Assembly: GCA_963749495.1 (NCBI GenBank)
Contig: CAVVMW010000021.1
Coordinates: 800,001 to 864,000, forward strand
Length of the DNA: 64,000 nt
Reading direction: 5' to 3'
DNA from: an uncultured bacterium
Lineage (GTDB): Bacteria; Verrucomicrobiota; Verrucomicrobiia; Limisphaerales; UBA8199
The notes beneath the pieces were generated by a model, which searched no databases, was not told the DNA's origin, and worked only from the letters and a program-made list of their open reading frames with translations. How positions within the stretch are numbered: the first letter of the stretch is position 1; each line of letters opens with the position of its first letter. Positions 50,960-60,898 of this stretch are shown here, one piece after another. A program made the translations under genes and the position numbers.

Positions 50960-51519
50960 CGGCCAGCGAGAGCATTGTGGTCCGAGTGGCCGACGCCCTG
51001 GAAGCGGGTGGCGTTGGCTATATGCTGAGCGGCTCGTTCGCCAGCAACTACTATGGCATTCCGCGCTCGACCAAAGACGCAGATTTCGTCCTCCAAGTGC
51101 CCGGCGCCCTGGGAGAGGACTTTGCCGCCCGGCTGGGAGAGGATTTCGTGCTCGATCCTCAAGTGTCGTTCGAGACAAACACCGGGACATTTCGCCAACT
51201 GCTCCGCCATCGGGGCCGGGGTTTCAAGGTCGAGTTGTTCGCGCTTTCGCAGGACGCGCACGACCAGGCGCGGTTTCAACGGCGGCGGACTGCGCCGCTA
51301 TTCGGGCGACATGTCTGGCTGCCCTCGCCGGAGGATGTCATAGTGACGAAGCTCCGGTGGGCGCGAGGCAAAGACAAGGACGACGCCCGGGATGTAATGG
51401 CCGTTCAAGCCCGCAGCTTGGACTGGTCCTACATCCGGGGCTGGTGCAGCCGCCATGGGACGCTCGCCTTACTCGAGCAGATTCAGCACTCCATCCCCGA
51501 CCTGGGCGGGGAGCGGTAG
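50956..51519 (+). CDS. Nucleotidyltransferase-fold protein (TA-associated type)
   Basis: YMLSGSFASNYYGIPRSTKDAD, SPEDVIVTKL, KDKDD. Confidence 0.85.
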   Translation: MTASESIVVRVADALEAGGVGYMLSGSFASNYYGIPRSTKDADFVLQVPGALGEDFAARLGEDFVLDPQVSFETNTGTFRQLLRHRGRGFKVELFALSQDAHDQARFQRRRTAPLFGRHVWLPSPEDVIVTKLRWARGKDKDDARDVMAVQARSLDWSYIRGWCSRHGTLALLEQIQHSIPDLGGER

Positions 51520-51574
51520 CCCCTGCGCCTCCGAGCATTGACCCCCACATCGAGACGCGGGAACTGTGGTCAGG

Positions 51575-51778
51575 ATTGAGAACACCGACGAACTGTAGCA
51601 GGCCATCGAGCAGATGGGCCGCATGCAGCGCATCCTCGATTCCCACCGCGCCGACATCCTGTGCAAGAACCCCCGAAACGTCGCGGCTTTCGCCGAGGGT
51701 CCCCCGGACGTGATTCGCGAACTTCGGCCTGAGATCTCCGAATATCTCGGCCGGTTGGCGCAGGTCGGCGCAGCCTGA
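51575..51778 (+). pseudogene. Degraded small gene
   Basis: IENTDEL*QAIEQMGRMQRIL... with stop and frameshift. Confidence 0.35.
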
Positions 51779-51835
51779 CCGAAGGATTACCGCCAAAGGC
51801 AAGCTGGTGTCAATAGGTTGGACCGACCCCTCCAT

Positions 51836-52023
51836 GCCCCGGAGTGGCTTCCGAAAATAGCCCGGCGTTTCAACGCCGGGTCAGCGAACCGAAAAAGTAG
51901 GTCCGTCCCGAAGGGACGGCTGAGGGCAAGGGGTCTTCTCGGTCGTCCCTTCGGGACGAGGATCCCTTTTCTCGCCCCCCGGCGTTGAAACGCCGGGCTA
52001 TTCTCAGATGTCCCTCCGGGACA
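51836..52023. repeat. REP-like palindrome cluster
   Basis: AATAGCCCGGCGTTTCAACGCCGGG / CCCGGCGTTGAAACGCCGGGCTATT; CGTCCCGAAGGGACG pair. Confidence 0.85.
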
Positions 52024-52069
52024 ACACTTCCGGGGCGCGTGCCCGCCGCTTTTGATCGCAGCCGACGAG

Positions 52070-52241
52070 CGGTCGGCACTTTCATTGCGGAAAAGCGGGC
52101 GTTCAACTTGCGAATGGTCTCGCGGCGAAACCTCCGTTTTATTGAGGTCTGATCTTAGCGCCTGGCGCTGGTGCGCATATTGATGGATTGCTGCGTCCGG
52201 TAGAGGGCAATCAGGCGGCTTGGGTCGCAATAGAGCCTCAC
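52070..52241 (-). pseudogene. Degraded VapC (PIN) toxin
   Basis: GTGA-coupled start VRLYCDPSRLIALY, then premature stop. Confidence 0.5.
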
Positions 52242-52480
52242 CGCCTGCCCTCGATAATGAGTTGGCTCCCGGGCTTGCCGGGTGCGGGCTTGCTTCGGTA
52301 GATAGCGTCCACCTCCGTCCAGGTGGCGGACCAATCATGCCTCCGAGGCCTCGTTTTCAGCGGGATGATCTTCGCCACCGGTGCTTTGCGGTGCGTCACC
52401 TCCACCTCTTCCCCGGCCCGCACCAGGCGCAAGAGGGCCGGGAAGTTGTTTTCAGCTTCCTCAACAGTGACTGTTTTCAT
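52238..52480 (-). CDS. Phd/YefM-family antitoxin
   Basis: MKTVTVEEAENNFPALLRLVRAGEEVEVTHRKAPVAKIIP. Confidence 0.88.
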   Translation of the reverse strand: MKTVTVEEAENNFPALLRLVRAGEEVEVTHRKAPVAKIIPLKTRPRRHDWSATWTEVDAIYRSKPAPGKPGSQLIIEGRR

Positions 52481-52779
52481 GTCCTGACCTTCACTGTAGG
52501 CGTAACCGGCTGCAAGCTGTCGATCAGGACAAGGCGGGTGCATCTCCTGATTTCCAACCGCCCTACCCCGGTCTGTTTTGTACGCATGGCGGTGGTGCGC
52601 ATATTGGTGGAGGAGTACAGCCTGCTCGACCTGCCATCGAACGACCCGCAGCTCGAGATCGCGGCTTCGATCGCGGCTACTTCCGACAGTGTAGCCGGTC
52701 AGTGAAGGCGGAGACGGCGTGCGGAGCCGACCCCTCAGCCCGGCCCTCTCGGTCCACGGTTCGGGGCGTGGGAATCATT

Positions 52780-52970
52780 CCGTGTCGCGTAGCGACGCAG
52801 TGAAGGTAGCCGTGGACCTCGGTCCACGGGTTAGGGCGTGGGAATGGTCGCGCGTCGCGTAGCGACGCCTGACGCCGCGGGTTTCAGGCGTCGCTACGCG
52901 ACGCGGTTGAGCTTGGGCCATGGGTCCGTGGACTGGAAGTCCACGGCTACCATCGGGCACCGCTACGCGG
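52780..52970. repeat. REP-like palindrome cluster
   Basis: Repeated GTCGCGTAGCGACG / CGTCGCTACGCGAC and CCGTGGAC...GTCCACGG. Confidence 0.8.
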
Positions 52971-53055
52971 TGAGCCGGGGGCAATGACGCTCCCACCTTC
53001 ACTGAGGCCTTACCCGACAGTTCAACCTCTGGTATCTACCCGGCCACCCGGTATG

Positions 53056-53378
53056 CTACTCTCGCGCGGCGCGGGTCCAGGCGAGGATTTCGGCGGCGCG
53101 GTGCTCGACCGCGGCGAAGTCGGCCCGGTTGATCCACTCTTGCTTGGACGGTGAGGTTTTCCTCGCGCGCGTTTGTGATGGCGCCCTGGTCGCCCATGGC
53201 GCTGGCATAAAAGGCCGGGTTGACCCGCAGCGAGGTCGAGGGGGGCCGGCCGGCCTGCCTCGAGGACGTAGCCCCACGGGTTGCGCAACTGGACCCCTTG
53301 CGCTTGGGCCAACTCGCCCAGCAAGCGGATGAGGGCATCGAGCGCGCGGCCCCCCGGGATATGGGTGATGGTTTTCAC
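53056..53378 (-). pseudogene. Chimeric gene fragments ending in a possible KDPG-aldolase-like C-terminus
   Basis: Three reading frames stitched together; last reads QEWINRADFAAVEHRAAEILAWTRAARE. Confidence 0.35.
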
Positions 53379-53470
53379 ATAGCGCCCCTCAAACCAGGGG
53401 CGGGTCTGGAAATCCCCCCATTCCAGGCCGGTCGCAAGCTGGATGACCGCCGAGCCGGTTCATGAACCGC

Positions 53471-54274
53471 TTATGCCTCTTCGGCCACCGGGTTGGTGAG
53501 GGCTCCGATCCGGTCGATTTCAATGGTAACGCTGTCGCCCGGCTTGAGCCAGACCGGCGGTTTCCGCGCGAACCCGACCCCATGCGGCGTGCCGGTCAGG
53601 ATCACCGTGCCCGGCAACAACGTGGTGCTCCCGCTCAGGAATGAGACGAGTGACGGCACATCGAAAATCATATCGTCGCAGCGCCAATCCTGCATCACCT
53701 GGCCGTTGAGCAAGGTGCGGAGCTTCAGCGCGGCAGGGTCCGGGATTTCGTCTTTGAGCACCAGGCAGGGGCCCAGCGGCGCGAAGGTGTCGAAGGTCTT
53801 GCCCCGGCACCATTGGCTGCCGCCCCATTTGCCCTGCCAATCGCGAGCGCTGACGTCGTTGGCGCAGGTGTAGCCCAGGACATAATCGAGCGCATTCTCC
53901 TTCGTGGCATTCTTGCAGCGTTTGCCAATGACAACCGCCAACTCGCATTCGTAATCCACTTCGTCGCTTCGGAGATGGCGCGGCAGCAGGATCGGGTCGC
54001 CCGGGTTCTGCACCGCCGCGGGATTTTTCATGAACAGCACCGGGAACGGTGGGAGCTGTGCCTTGCCCTCTTCGGCGTGGCGCCGGTAGTTGAGGCCGAT
54101 GCAGAAGAAGGCGGGCGGCGCCACCGGGGCCAGGAGTTTCTTGATGGCCGCCGGCTCGGACGTGACGGTGTGGGCGCCAAAAATGTCGCCGACGATCTGG
54201 AGTGCCGAGCCGTCGGCCTGCTGGGCGGCATAACGCACCGCGCCCTGTGGGTTTTCGTAACGTATAATTCTCAT
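53471..54274 (-). CDS. Fumarylacetoacetate hydrolase family protein
   Basis: CIGLNY, DYECEL, NDVSARD, GKTFDTF, TGTPHGVG. Confidence 0.93.
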   Translation of the reverse strand: MRIIRYENPQGAVRYAAQQADGSALQIVGDIFGAHTVTSEPAAIKKLLAPVAPPAFFCIGLNYRRHAEEGKAQLPPFPVLFMKNPAAVQNPGDPILLPRHLRSDEVDYECELAVVIGKRCKNATKENALDYVLGYTCANDVSARDWQGKWGGSQWCRGKTFDTFAPLGPCLVLKDEIPDPAALKLRTLLNGQVMQDWRCDDMIFDVPSLVSFLSGSTTLLPGTVILTGTPHGVGFARKPPVWLKPGDSVTIEIDRIGALTNPVAEEA

Positions 54275-54884
54275 AAGTCCTGGATACCAGCGGCTTTTTC
54301 AAAGTCCAGCCCCACCATCGCGCCGGCTTCCTTCAGGCTGCCGGCCACGTCGGGGGGTAACAGCATCCCCTCTTTCATCACCTGCGCATAGCGCTCCCAT
54401 TCCATCTCCCCGCGAACGTATAGACGGTCGGCTCCCTCGGCCCGCGGCGCCTGGTGGATTTCCTCGACGAGCGCCTCCATCCGGCGGGCAAATTGGCCGC
54501 CGGGCATCATGGCCCCCGCATCGAGAGCGATGAACGCCGCGCCGTGGTTCGTGGGGGCGGTGCCGTCATCCCAAAGGCGGAGGACACCATCCCCAGCGAG
54601 GAGTCTCCATCCACCAGCGCCCACGCCGGCCCTTCGGCGGCGACCCGCGGCTGTCCGCGGACGCGCAATCCGCCCGCTTTGAGCCGGCGCAGGTAGCTCC
54701 GCAACAGCTTGGTGCCGTGGGTAAACACACCCCAGGCGTCCGTGGTGGCCAGCACGTCCGCCCCGAGTGCGGCGTCTGCTCCCGCCATGCCGACCCGCTC
54801 GAAGGCCTCCCGCGCGAAGCGGTGCAGCGCCTGGAAGCTCACCCGCCTGATGGCCACCGGGTTCGGCGGAGAATCGGAACTCAT
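54271..54884 (-). pseudogene. Ldh_2 (malate/L-lactate/ureidoglycolate dehydrogenase family) gene with internal deletion
   Basis: N-terminus (GVFTHG, VDGDSSLG) joined out of frame at TTTGGGATGA to C-terminus (YVRGEMEW). Confidence 0.8.
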
Positions 54885-55070
54885 ACTTGCTCACGGATTG
54901 GCCGCTTGTCAGGCGGCGTTTGTCGTCGGCGATTATCATCCCGGGGGCGCCGGCTGCGCCTTTCGTTTTCGATTGTTTTTCGGTTTTTTTCCCGCTTGGA
55001 AAACGTCGAAATCACGACGAAAATGAGCGGCGCACCCGGGTTTGAAGCCTTAAAAACTGAGGGAACATCC

Positions 55071-56799
55071 ATGAAGTTTGGCCATCTCGAACTGGACCCG
55101 GCCCGGAATCCGGCCGTGCTGGACACGGCGACCTGGGATTCGGCGGCGGCGTGGCAAACGATCGCGTCCTCGATGTGCGATTGGGCGTCCCTCCGGCGCG
55201 GAGCCGGGGGCGAGGCGCGCTTTGCGCACGCCCAGCCGATTCAGACTCCATGCGCCTTCTGCGGCCTCGAGCCCCGAGGCAGATTTCATCCTGGCCTCCC
55301 TCCCCGACGGGCAGGACGTGCTCCTGCGCATCGGCGCCGGAACCACGAACGAACTCGGAGAGCCCTTGGGGCTGAAACGGCTCGCGTCCGGCGAGACGCT
55401 GGCGGCTTACCCTGCGAAGGCCGCCGTGATTGACTGGTTCTGCCGGTCGCTAAAGCCGCAAAAGGCGGCCCGGCCCCTCGGCGCCACGCCCCGCCTCGGA
55501 GTGGGCACGCGGATGACCAACTCGGTCTGGCCGGGGATCTTTGCGGCGATGGCCAAAGACGGGTTTGCCGCCAACGCCATCCAGAATTCCGTTCGCGAGC
55601 TGAACTTGTTAGACGCCCTGCGGGAGGGTGCCCCGCCGGAGCGGAGTTTCTCCACCGGCATCGGCACGGTCGAGTGCGGGTGGGCGGGCAGCACTTATGA
55701 GGGCCTCTGGCTGGCCGGCGTGCTGGCCGCGCTCAAATGGAATGGGGCATTGCGTTACGGGGCGGATGCCGACCATGTCCAGGTCAAGCGCGGAGCCGAT
55801 GGACTGGAGCGCGCCAAACGCGTGCTCCGCGCCGCGCGTTACTACTCGTTTTACACCCTGGATATGGCGGACGTGCTCGACTATGCCGCACTCGATGTGA
55901 CTTCCAGGTCTGCGGCGGAGGAATTCCTCACCCGAAAGGTGCCGGATCCAGTGGAACGGACCGGAGTTCTCGAGTGCCACAAGCGGCCATTCGACCTCGG
56001 TTCCGAGGTCTTGCGCCTCGACGATCCTGCCGTGGGCCGCTTCGTCGGCAAGTATTGGGACACGCTGGACCGGTTGGAAGAACTGGCGCGCTACATCGCA
56101 GGTTTGAAGGAAGACCCAGCGTTTGATTTGGAGCTGACGATTGACGAGCACCCACCCGAAGTGGCGGCCTTTGATTGCCTGACCACGAACGAAGAGGTGC
56201 TCTTCCTGGCGCGCGAACTCCAGCGGCGCCGCCTGCCGGTGACTCACCTCGCCCCAAATTTCGGCCAGGAAAAAGGCTGCGACTACCGCGGCCCGGATGG
56301 GCTGGCGGGCCTGGAGCGGCGCGTGCGCGCCCAGTTCCAAATCGCCACGGGGTTCGGCCTCATGCTCGATGTGCATTCCGGCGATGATCTGACTGCGGCG
56401 ACGCGCGGGGTTTTTCACCGGGCAACTGGCGGCTGCCTGCACTTCAAGGTCTCGCCCAGGCTGCAGTTGATCTATGCCGAACTGCTCCAGGCTCATTATC
56501 CCGATTTGTTCGGACGGTGGTGGCGGGACGCCCTTGGTTATGCGAACGACGAAGCGGCTCGAGGTTCTCCCCTGGCCCGAGAGTGTCTCGCCGAGCTGGA
56601 GGCCGCGGGCGCCGCCCCGAGCCCGTCGTGGCGCCACGCGGTTTTTCATCACTTCAGCTTCCCCTTCGTGGGGCGGCGCGGAAAAGACGGCCAATTCCTG
56701 CACCGCCACGAGTTTTACAGCCTGTCCGCGGGTTTCAACGACGCTTATCGGGAGCGTGTGTGCGATTCTCTTTGTCAATTGGCAAACGATCTCTTTTGA
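55071..56799 (+). CDS. Tagaturonate epimerase (UxaE) family protein; probable frameshift near 55200
   Basis: QNSVRE, YGADADH, FDLELTIDE, LAPNF, DVHSGDD, HFKVS; ATG 55071 with GAGG RBS is one frame off the main ORF. Confidence 0.8.
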
Positions 56800-56811
56800 A
56801 CCCCCGAGCTT

Positions 56812-57483
56812 ATGCAATTGTTTATCGACTCCTCGAACCCGGAAGAAATTCTCACAGCGCGGTCATGGGGCATCATCGATGGCGTTACCACCAATCCCTC
56901 GCTGATCGCCAAGGCCGGCCCGGATATGGAAGTGGCCTTGCGCGGCGTGCTCGACGCCTCGCCCGGGGCGGTCTTTTGCCAGGTCATCGGCTGGCGCGAT
57001 CCCGAACCCCTGAAAGCGCAGGCCCGCTGGCTGCACCGCTTTTCGGACCGGATCGTGGTGAAACTCCCTATGAGCGTCGCCGGCCTCCAGGCGGTGCGGC
57101 AATTGAAACAGGAGCATCCCACTATCCCGCTGGCGGTGACCGCGGTGAGCACGGTTGCGCAGGCCGTCCTCGCCGCCAAGGCGGGCGCGGACGTCGTCGC
57201 GCTCTTCAACGGGCCGCTCGACCTGGAGCAGGATGAACCAGTGGACATTGTCGGACCCCTGCGCGCTATCTATGACCGCCACGGGTACAAGACGAAAATC
57301 CTCTCCGCCGGACGATACCCCCGGGCCTTCGGAGAGTATGCCGCGGCGGGGACCGACATCGTCACGCTCCGGTTCGAGTTCCTCAAGCTCCTGTTCGAGC
57401 ATGCCTTCACCGACAAGCGGATGCGGGGCTTTCTCCAGGACTGGCAGCAAGTCTTCGGCGACCGTACCTGGCCGAGTGCCTAA
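56812..57483 (+). CDS. Transaldolase / fructose-6-phosphate aldolase family
   Basis: LFIDS, GVTTNPSL, VVKLP, AAKAGA. Confidence 0.9.
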   Translation: MQLFIDSSNPEEILTARSWGIIDGVTTNPSLIAKAGPDMEVALRGVLDASPGAVFCQVIGWRDPEPLKAQARWLHRFSDRIVVKLPMSVAGLQAVRQLKQEHPTIPLAVTAVSTVAQAVLAAKAGADVVALFNGPLDLEQDEPVDIVGPLRAIYDRHGYKTKILSAGRYPRAFGEYAAAGTDIVTLRFEFLKLLFEHAFTDKRMRGFLQDWQQVFGDRTWPSA

Positions 57484-57497
57484 GCTCGGGCGGCGTT

Positions 57498-58283
57498 ATG
57501 CGCGTGCTGGACTCGTTCAAGCTGGATGGCCAGGTGGCCATCGTCACGGGGGGCGCTCAGAATCTGGGCCGCCAGCACGCGCTCGCGCTGGCGGAGGCGG
57601 GCGCGGAGGTCGCCATCTGCAACCTGGCCGAAGCGGCCGGGGAGGAGACCCGGAAGGAACTGGAGGTGATGGGCCGCCGCGCCTTTTTCGCGAACGTGGA
57701 TGTCACCCGGAGCGACCAAATCGACGCCTTCGTGCAGGCCGTGCTCGAGCGGTTCGGGAAGATTGACATCCTCGTCAACAATGCCGCCATGCCTTCGGAA
57801 GGAATCCCGCTCGAGGAGGTCCCCGACGACCAATGGCGACGCCTGATCGACACCAATCTCTCGAGCGTTTTCTACTTCAGCAAGCGTGTGGCGCAACACA
57901 TGATCCAGCGCGGCCAGGGCGGCCGGATCATCAATATCAGTTCCATGAATTGGACCGTCATCGGCAACCTCTTTCCGCGGCACAACGTGGCCTACTGTGT
58001 CGCCAAAGCCGGCGTGGCCCACCTGACCCGCGGCATGGCTTCCGAATGGGCGGCCCACGGAATCCGCGTCAATGCGCTGGCGCCGGGTTTCATCCACACG
58101 CAGCAGACCGCGGCCAGCGCGAGCATTCCCGAGATCCTCCAGCGCAACCTGGCGGCCACGCCCATGAAACGTTACGGGCGCATCAATGAACTCAAAGGCG
58201 CCATCGTGTTCCTGGCGTCGGAGGCCTCCTCCTTCGCCACCGGCACCATCCTGACCATCGACGGCGGCTACACGATTTGGTGA
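57498..58283 (+). CDS. SDR oxidoreductase
   Basis: TGGAQNLG, NNAA, YCVAK. Confidence 0.92.
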   Translation: MRVLDSFKLDGQVAIVTGGAQNLGRQHALALAEAGAEVAICNLAEAAGEETRKELEVMGRRAFFANVDVTRSDQIDAFVQAVLERFGKIDILVNNAAMPSEGIPLEEVPDDQWRRLIDTNLSSVFYFSKRVAQHMIQRGQGGRIINISSMNWTVIGNLFPRHNVAYCVAKAGVAHLTRGMASEWAAHGIRVNALAPGFIHTQQTAASASIPEILQRNLAATPMKRYGRINELKGAIVFLASEASSFATGTILTIDGGYTIW

Positions 58284-58570
58284 TTAAGGCGGCGGCAAGG
58301 AATAAAGGTGGCAACCTGCCTTGGTCTTTTGCCGCCCAGCCTCGCATACGCCATCTGGCTGGCCATTCCCGTCGTGGCGCTAAGCGCGGCAGGCGACAAA
58401 CGACCCGTTCAGCCGTGGGATTTCCAGTCCGACCGAAAACAGCAGCAACCAGAGGGGGGCTGTCGCCCCTCCGGACTCCCCGCCCTCGTCGCCGGTGCGC
58501 TCTTCTAGATAACATTGACGCCCGGCATGAGCGGCGTATCTTTGTCGCGTCCCGATTTGCCGGGCAAATT

Positions 58571-58907
58571 ATGAAAAAGCCATCGACGGAGAAAAAGTCC
58601 TGGGGCACGGTCGTTGCGGAAAAAGAGCGCGCCAAGGCGAACTCGTTCACCGACAAAAAACGGCAACGCCTCGTGGCGCGCGGATTGCAACTGATCTACG
58701 GTGATCCCGCTCATGCCCGAAGACGAAACCAACGACTCCCACGTGGTGGCGGAAGCGGGGCTCATCGGCGCTTCCATCCTGCTCAGCGCCGATGCCCATC
58801 TGAAAGACATCCCTTACGAGGCACTCAAGTTGATTCTTGACGCCGCCAACGTCCGCGCCCCCTTAATTGCCTCCCCTTGGAAAATTGTCCACCAGTTCTT
58901 TCGTTAA
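58571..58907 (+). pseudogene. TA remnant: small antitoxin-like gene plus C-terminal half of PIN toxin
   Basis: MKKPSTEKKSWG...LQLIYG; NDSHVVAEA...LLSADAHL. Confidence 0.55.
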
Positions 58908-59129
58908 GATGGTGAGGACTCAAACCTGGCCGCCCTTGTTCCACGATTGGCATGGACGGCGAGGCCCCAAAGGGCCCACACGCTGAAACTCAGAGCGGGC
59001 AACCTTCTGGTGACCAGGGGCTCGACACCGAGGCCTATGGCCGATCCGGGCCCTACCGCTCGGTTCGACACCGAGGCCCTTGGTGTCGGCGCGCCCTGCT
59101 CATGACCGGCGGCTCGACAGGGAGGTGTC

Positions 59130-59265
59130 ACCTGGCGGCCACGCCCATGAAACGTTACGGGCGCATCGATGAACTGAAGGGCGCCATCCTGTTCCTGGCG
59201 TCGGAGGCCTCCTCCTTCGCCACCGGGACGATCCTGACCATCGACGGCGGCTACACGATTTGGTG
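59130..59265 (+). repeat. 136-bp diverged duplicate of SDR 3' end (58147-58282)
   Basis: Direct alignment with a few substitutions. Confidence 0.92.
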
Positions 59266-59266
59266 C

Positions 59267-60238
59267 CTAACGGTTCACCACGTTCGGCAAGGGTTCGCCG
59301 CGCACCGCCTTCAACGCGAGGGTCGCCGCGGTCTCCCGGAGCTTTTGCACGGCGGTTGGGCTGGCCGATGCGATATGGGGGGAGAGGATTACGTTCGGCA
59401 GCTCCAGAATCGGGTGGCCGGGCAGAACAGGCTCGGGATCGAACACGTCCAGGGCCGCGGCGCTCAGATGCCCGCTGCGCAACGCGGCCACGAGCGCCTC
59501 GCTGTCCACCAGGTCGCCACGCCCGACATTGATCAGAATGGCGCCCGGCTTGAGTTTGGCGAACGCGGCTTCACTCATCAGTTTGCGGGTCTGAGGTGTC
59601 GAAGGGCAGTGCAGGGTGACCAGGTCGCTCTCCGCAAGGAGTTCGTCCAGGGACCTGGCCGGCTGGGCTCCGGATTTCTCGATCTCCGCCGGCAGTACGC
59701 CTGGGTCGAAGACCCGGAGGGCGCACTTGAAGGGCTGCAGCCGCCGCGCCACTTCCCGCCCGATCCGCCCGAACCCGACCACCCCGGCTGTCATTTCGCG
59801 GAGCACGTTCATCCGGCCCAAGGGCACAGCCAGACCCCATTTCCCACCCCGGAGATGCAAGGTGTGTGGCACGACCTGGCGGGTCGTGGCCAGGATAAAA
59901 GCGAGTGCGTGGTCGGCAACCTCATCCACGCAATAGTCAGGCACGTTGCAGACCCGAATATTGGCCGCCCGGGCGGCCTCGAGGTCCACATTGTCCACCC
60001 CGATCCCGTAACGCACGATGGCCTTCGCCCGGGTCATGGCCCGGATCACCGCCGCGTTCACGCGCGCGAATTGGGTGATCACCGCGTCGGCCCCCTGGCA
60101 CAACTCAATCAGGTCCGCTTCGGTCCGGCATTGCCCTGACCGGACCAGGCAGCCGCCCCCCGCGAGTATTCTCGTCTCGAGGCCCAGGTCCGAAAACGCA
60201 TAGTCGGTCACCACCACGAGGGGTCGTTCGTCGTTCAT
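59267..60238 (-). CDS. D-2-hydroxyacid dehydrogenase (CtBP-like)
   Basis: RYGIGVDNVD, GFGRIG, INVGRG, LDVFDPEP, SPHIA. Confidence 0.93.
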   Translation of the reverse strand: MNDERPLVVVTDYAFSDLGLETRILAGGGCLVRSGQCRTEADLIELCQGADAVITQFARVNAAVIRAMTRAKAIVRYGIGVDNVDLEAARAANIRVCNVPDYCVDEVADHALAFILATTRQVVPHTLHLRGGKWGLAVPLGRMNVLREMTAGVVGFGRIGREVARRLQPFKCALRVFDPGVLPAEIEKSGAQPARSLDELLAESDLVTLHCPSTPQTRKLMSEAAFAKLKPGAILINVGRGDLVDSEALVAALRSGHLSAAALDVFDPEPVLPGHPILELPNVILSPHIASASPTAVQKLRETAATLALKAVRGEPLPNVVNR

Positions 60239-60378
60239 TGTTGAGGCACAGTTTTCGTCCGGCAGCATAAGCTGGCGGCGGCGAGGCGCACGACAGAATT
60301 CTTCGGGTGCATGATGGAGCCGGCGGTGCGTGCTCTGGACGCCAAAGGCGTCGCTCATACCAGCCCAGGGCAACGCCC

Positions 60379-60511
60379 CATAGGCGTTAACTTGTTTGAA
60401 AAAGGTCCTCTTTTCCGAAGATTCTAACAATGGCCAGAAGCCGATTCGCTGGAAAAACGACTCATTTTGCGCCTGATTTGATGGAGCGCAGCGAACAAGT
60501 TAACGCCTATG
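60379..60511. mobile_element. 133-bp MITE with 18-bp perfect TIRs and 11-bp target duplication, inserted into a REP
   Basis: CATAGGCGTTAACTTGTT / AACAAGTTAACGCCTATG flanked by GGGCAACGCCC at 60368-60378 and 60512-60522. Confidence 0.9.
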
Positions 60512-60898
60512 GGGCAACGCCCTGGGAACAGCCGCCAATAATCATCTGGAGCGCTGAAAGCGCGATTCATCCTCCGGGAGCTTTTTGAGGCAGGCCGTTG
60601 GCCTGCAACAGAATGCAATGTGCGGTGGACCCAGGGCGGCGGCCCGCCTGCGCTGCGCTCCGGCGGGCCTTGGGCTGGGCTGTATAAATCAGGCCTTCGG
60701 CCTGAAGGCCAGCGTGCCGACCCCAAGCCTGGCATCAGCGGGAGGACCAAGCGGTGATATGGCTTCATCTACGAAAGCTCGCGAAATCCTTGCACATCAC
60801 AGGGTTTGAAGAATTTCGTCATGCGCCCGCGGCGGCACCACGCCGCTCTTTTTCGGCGGGTTTTCGACGGTTTCCGAGCACGCTCATTCGTCCCAGGC

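Noticed and set aside
58147..59265. Diversity-generating retroelement TR/VR pair
   Set aside because: No reverse transcriptase is present and the differences are not confined to adenines
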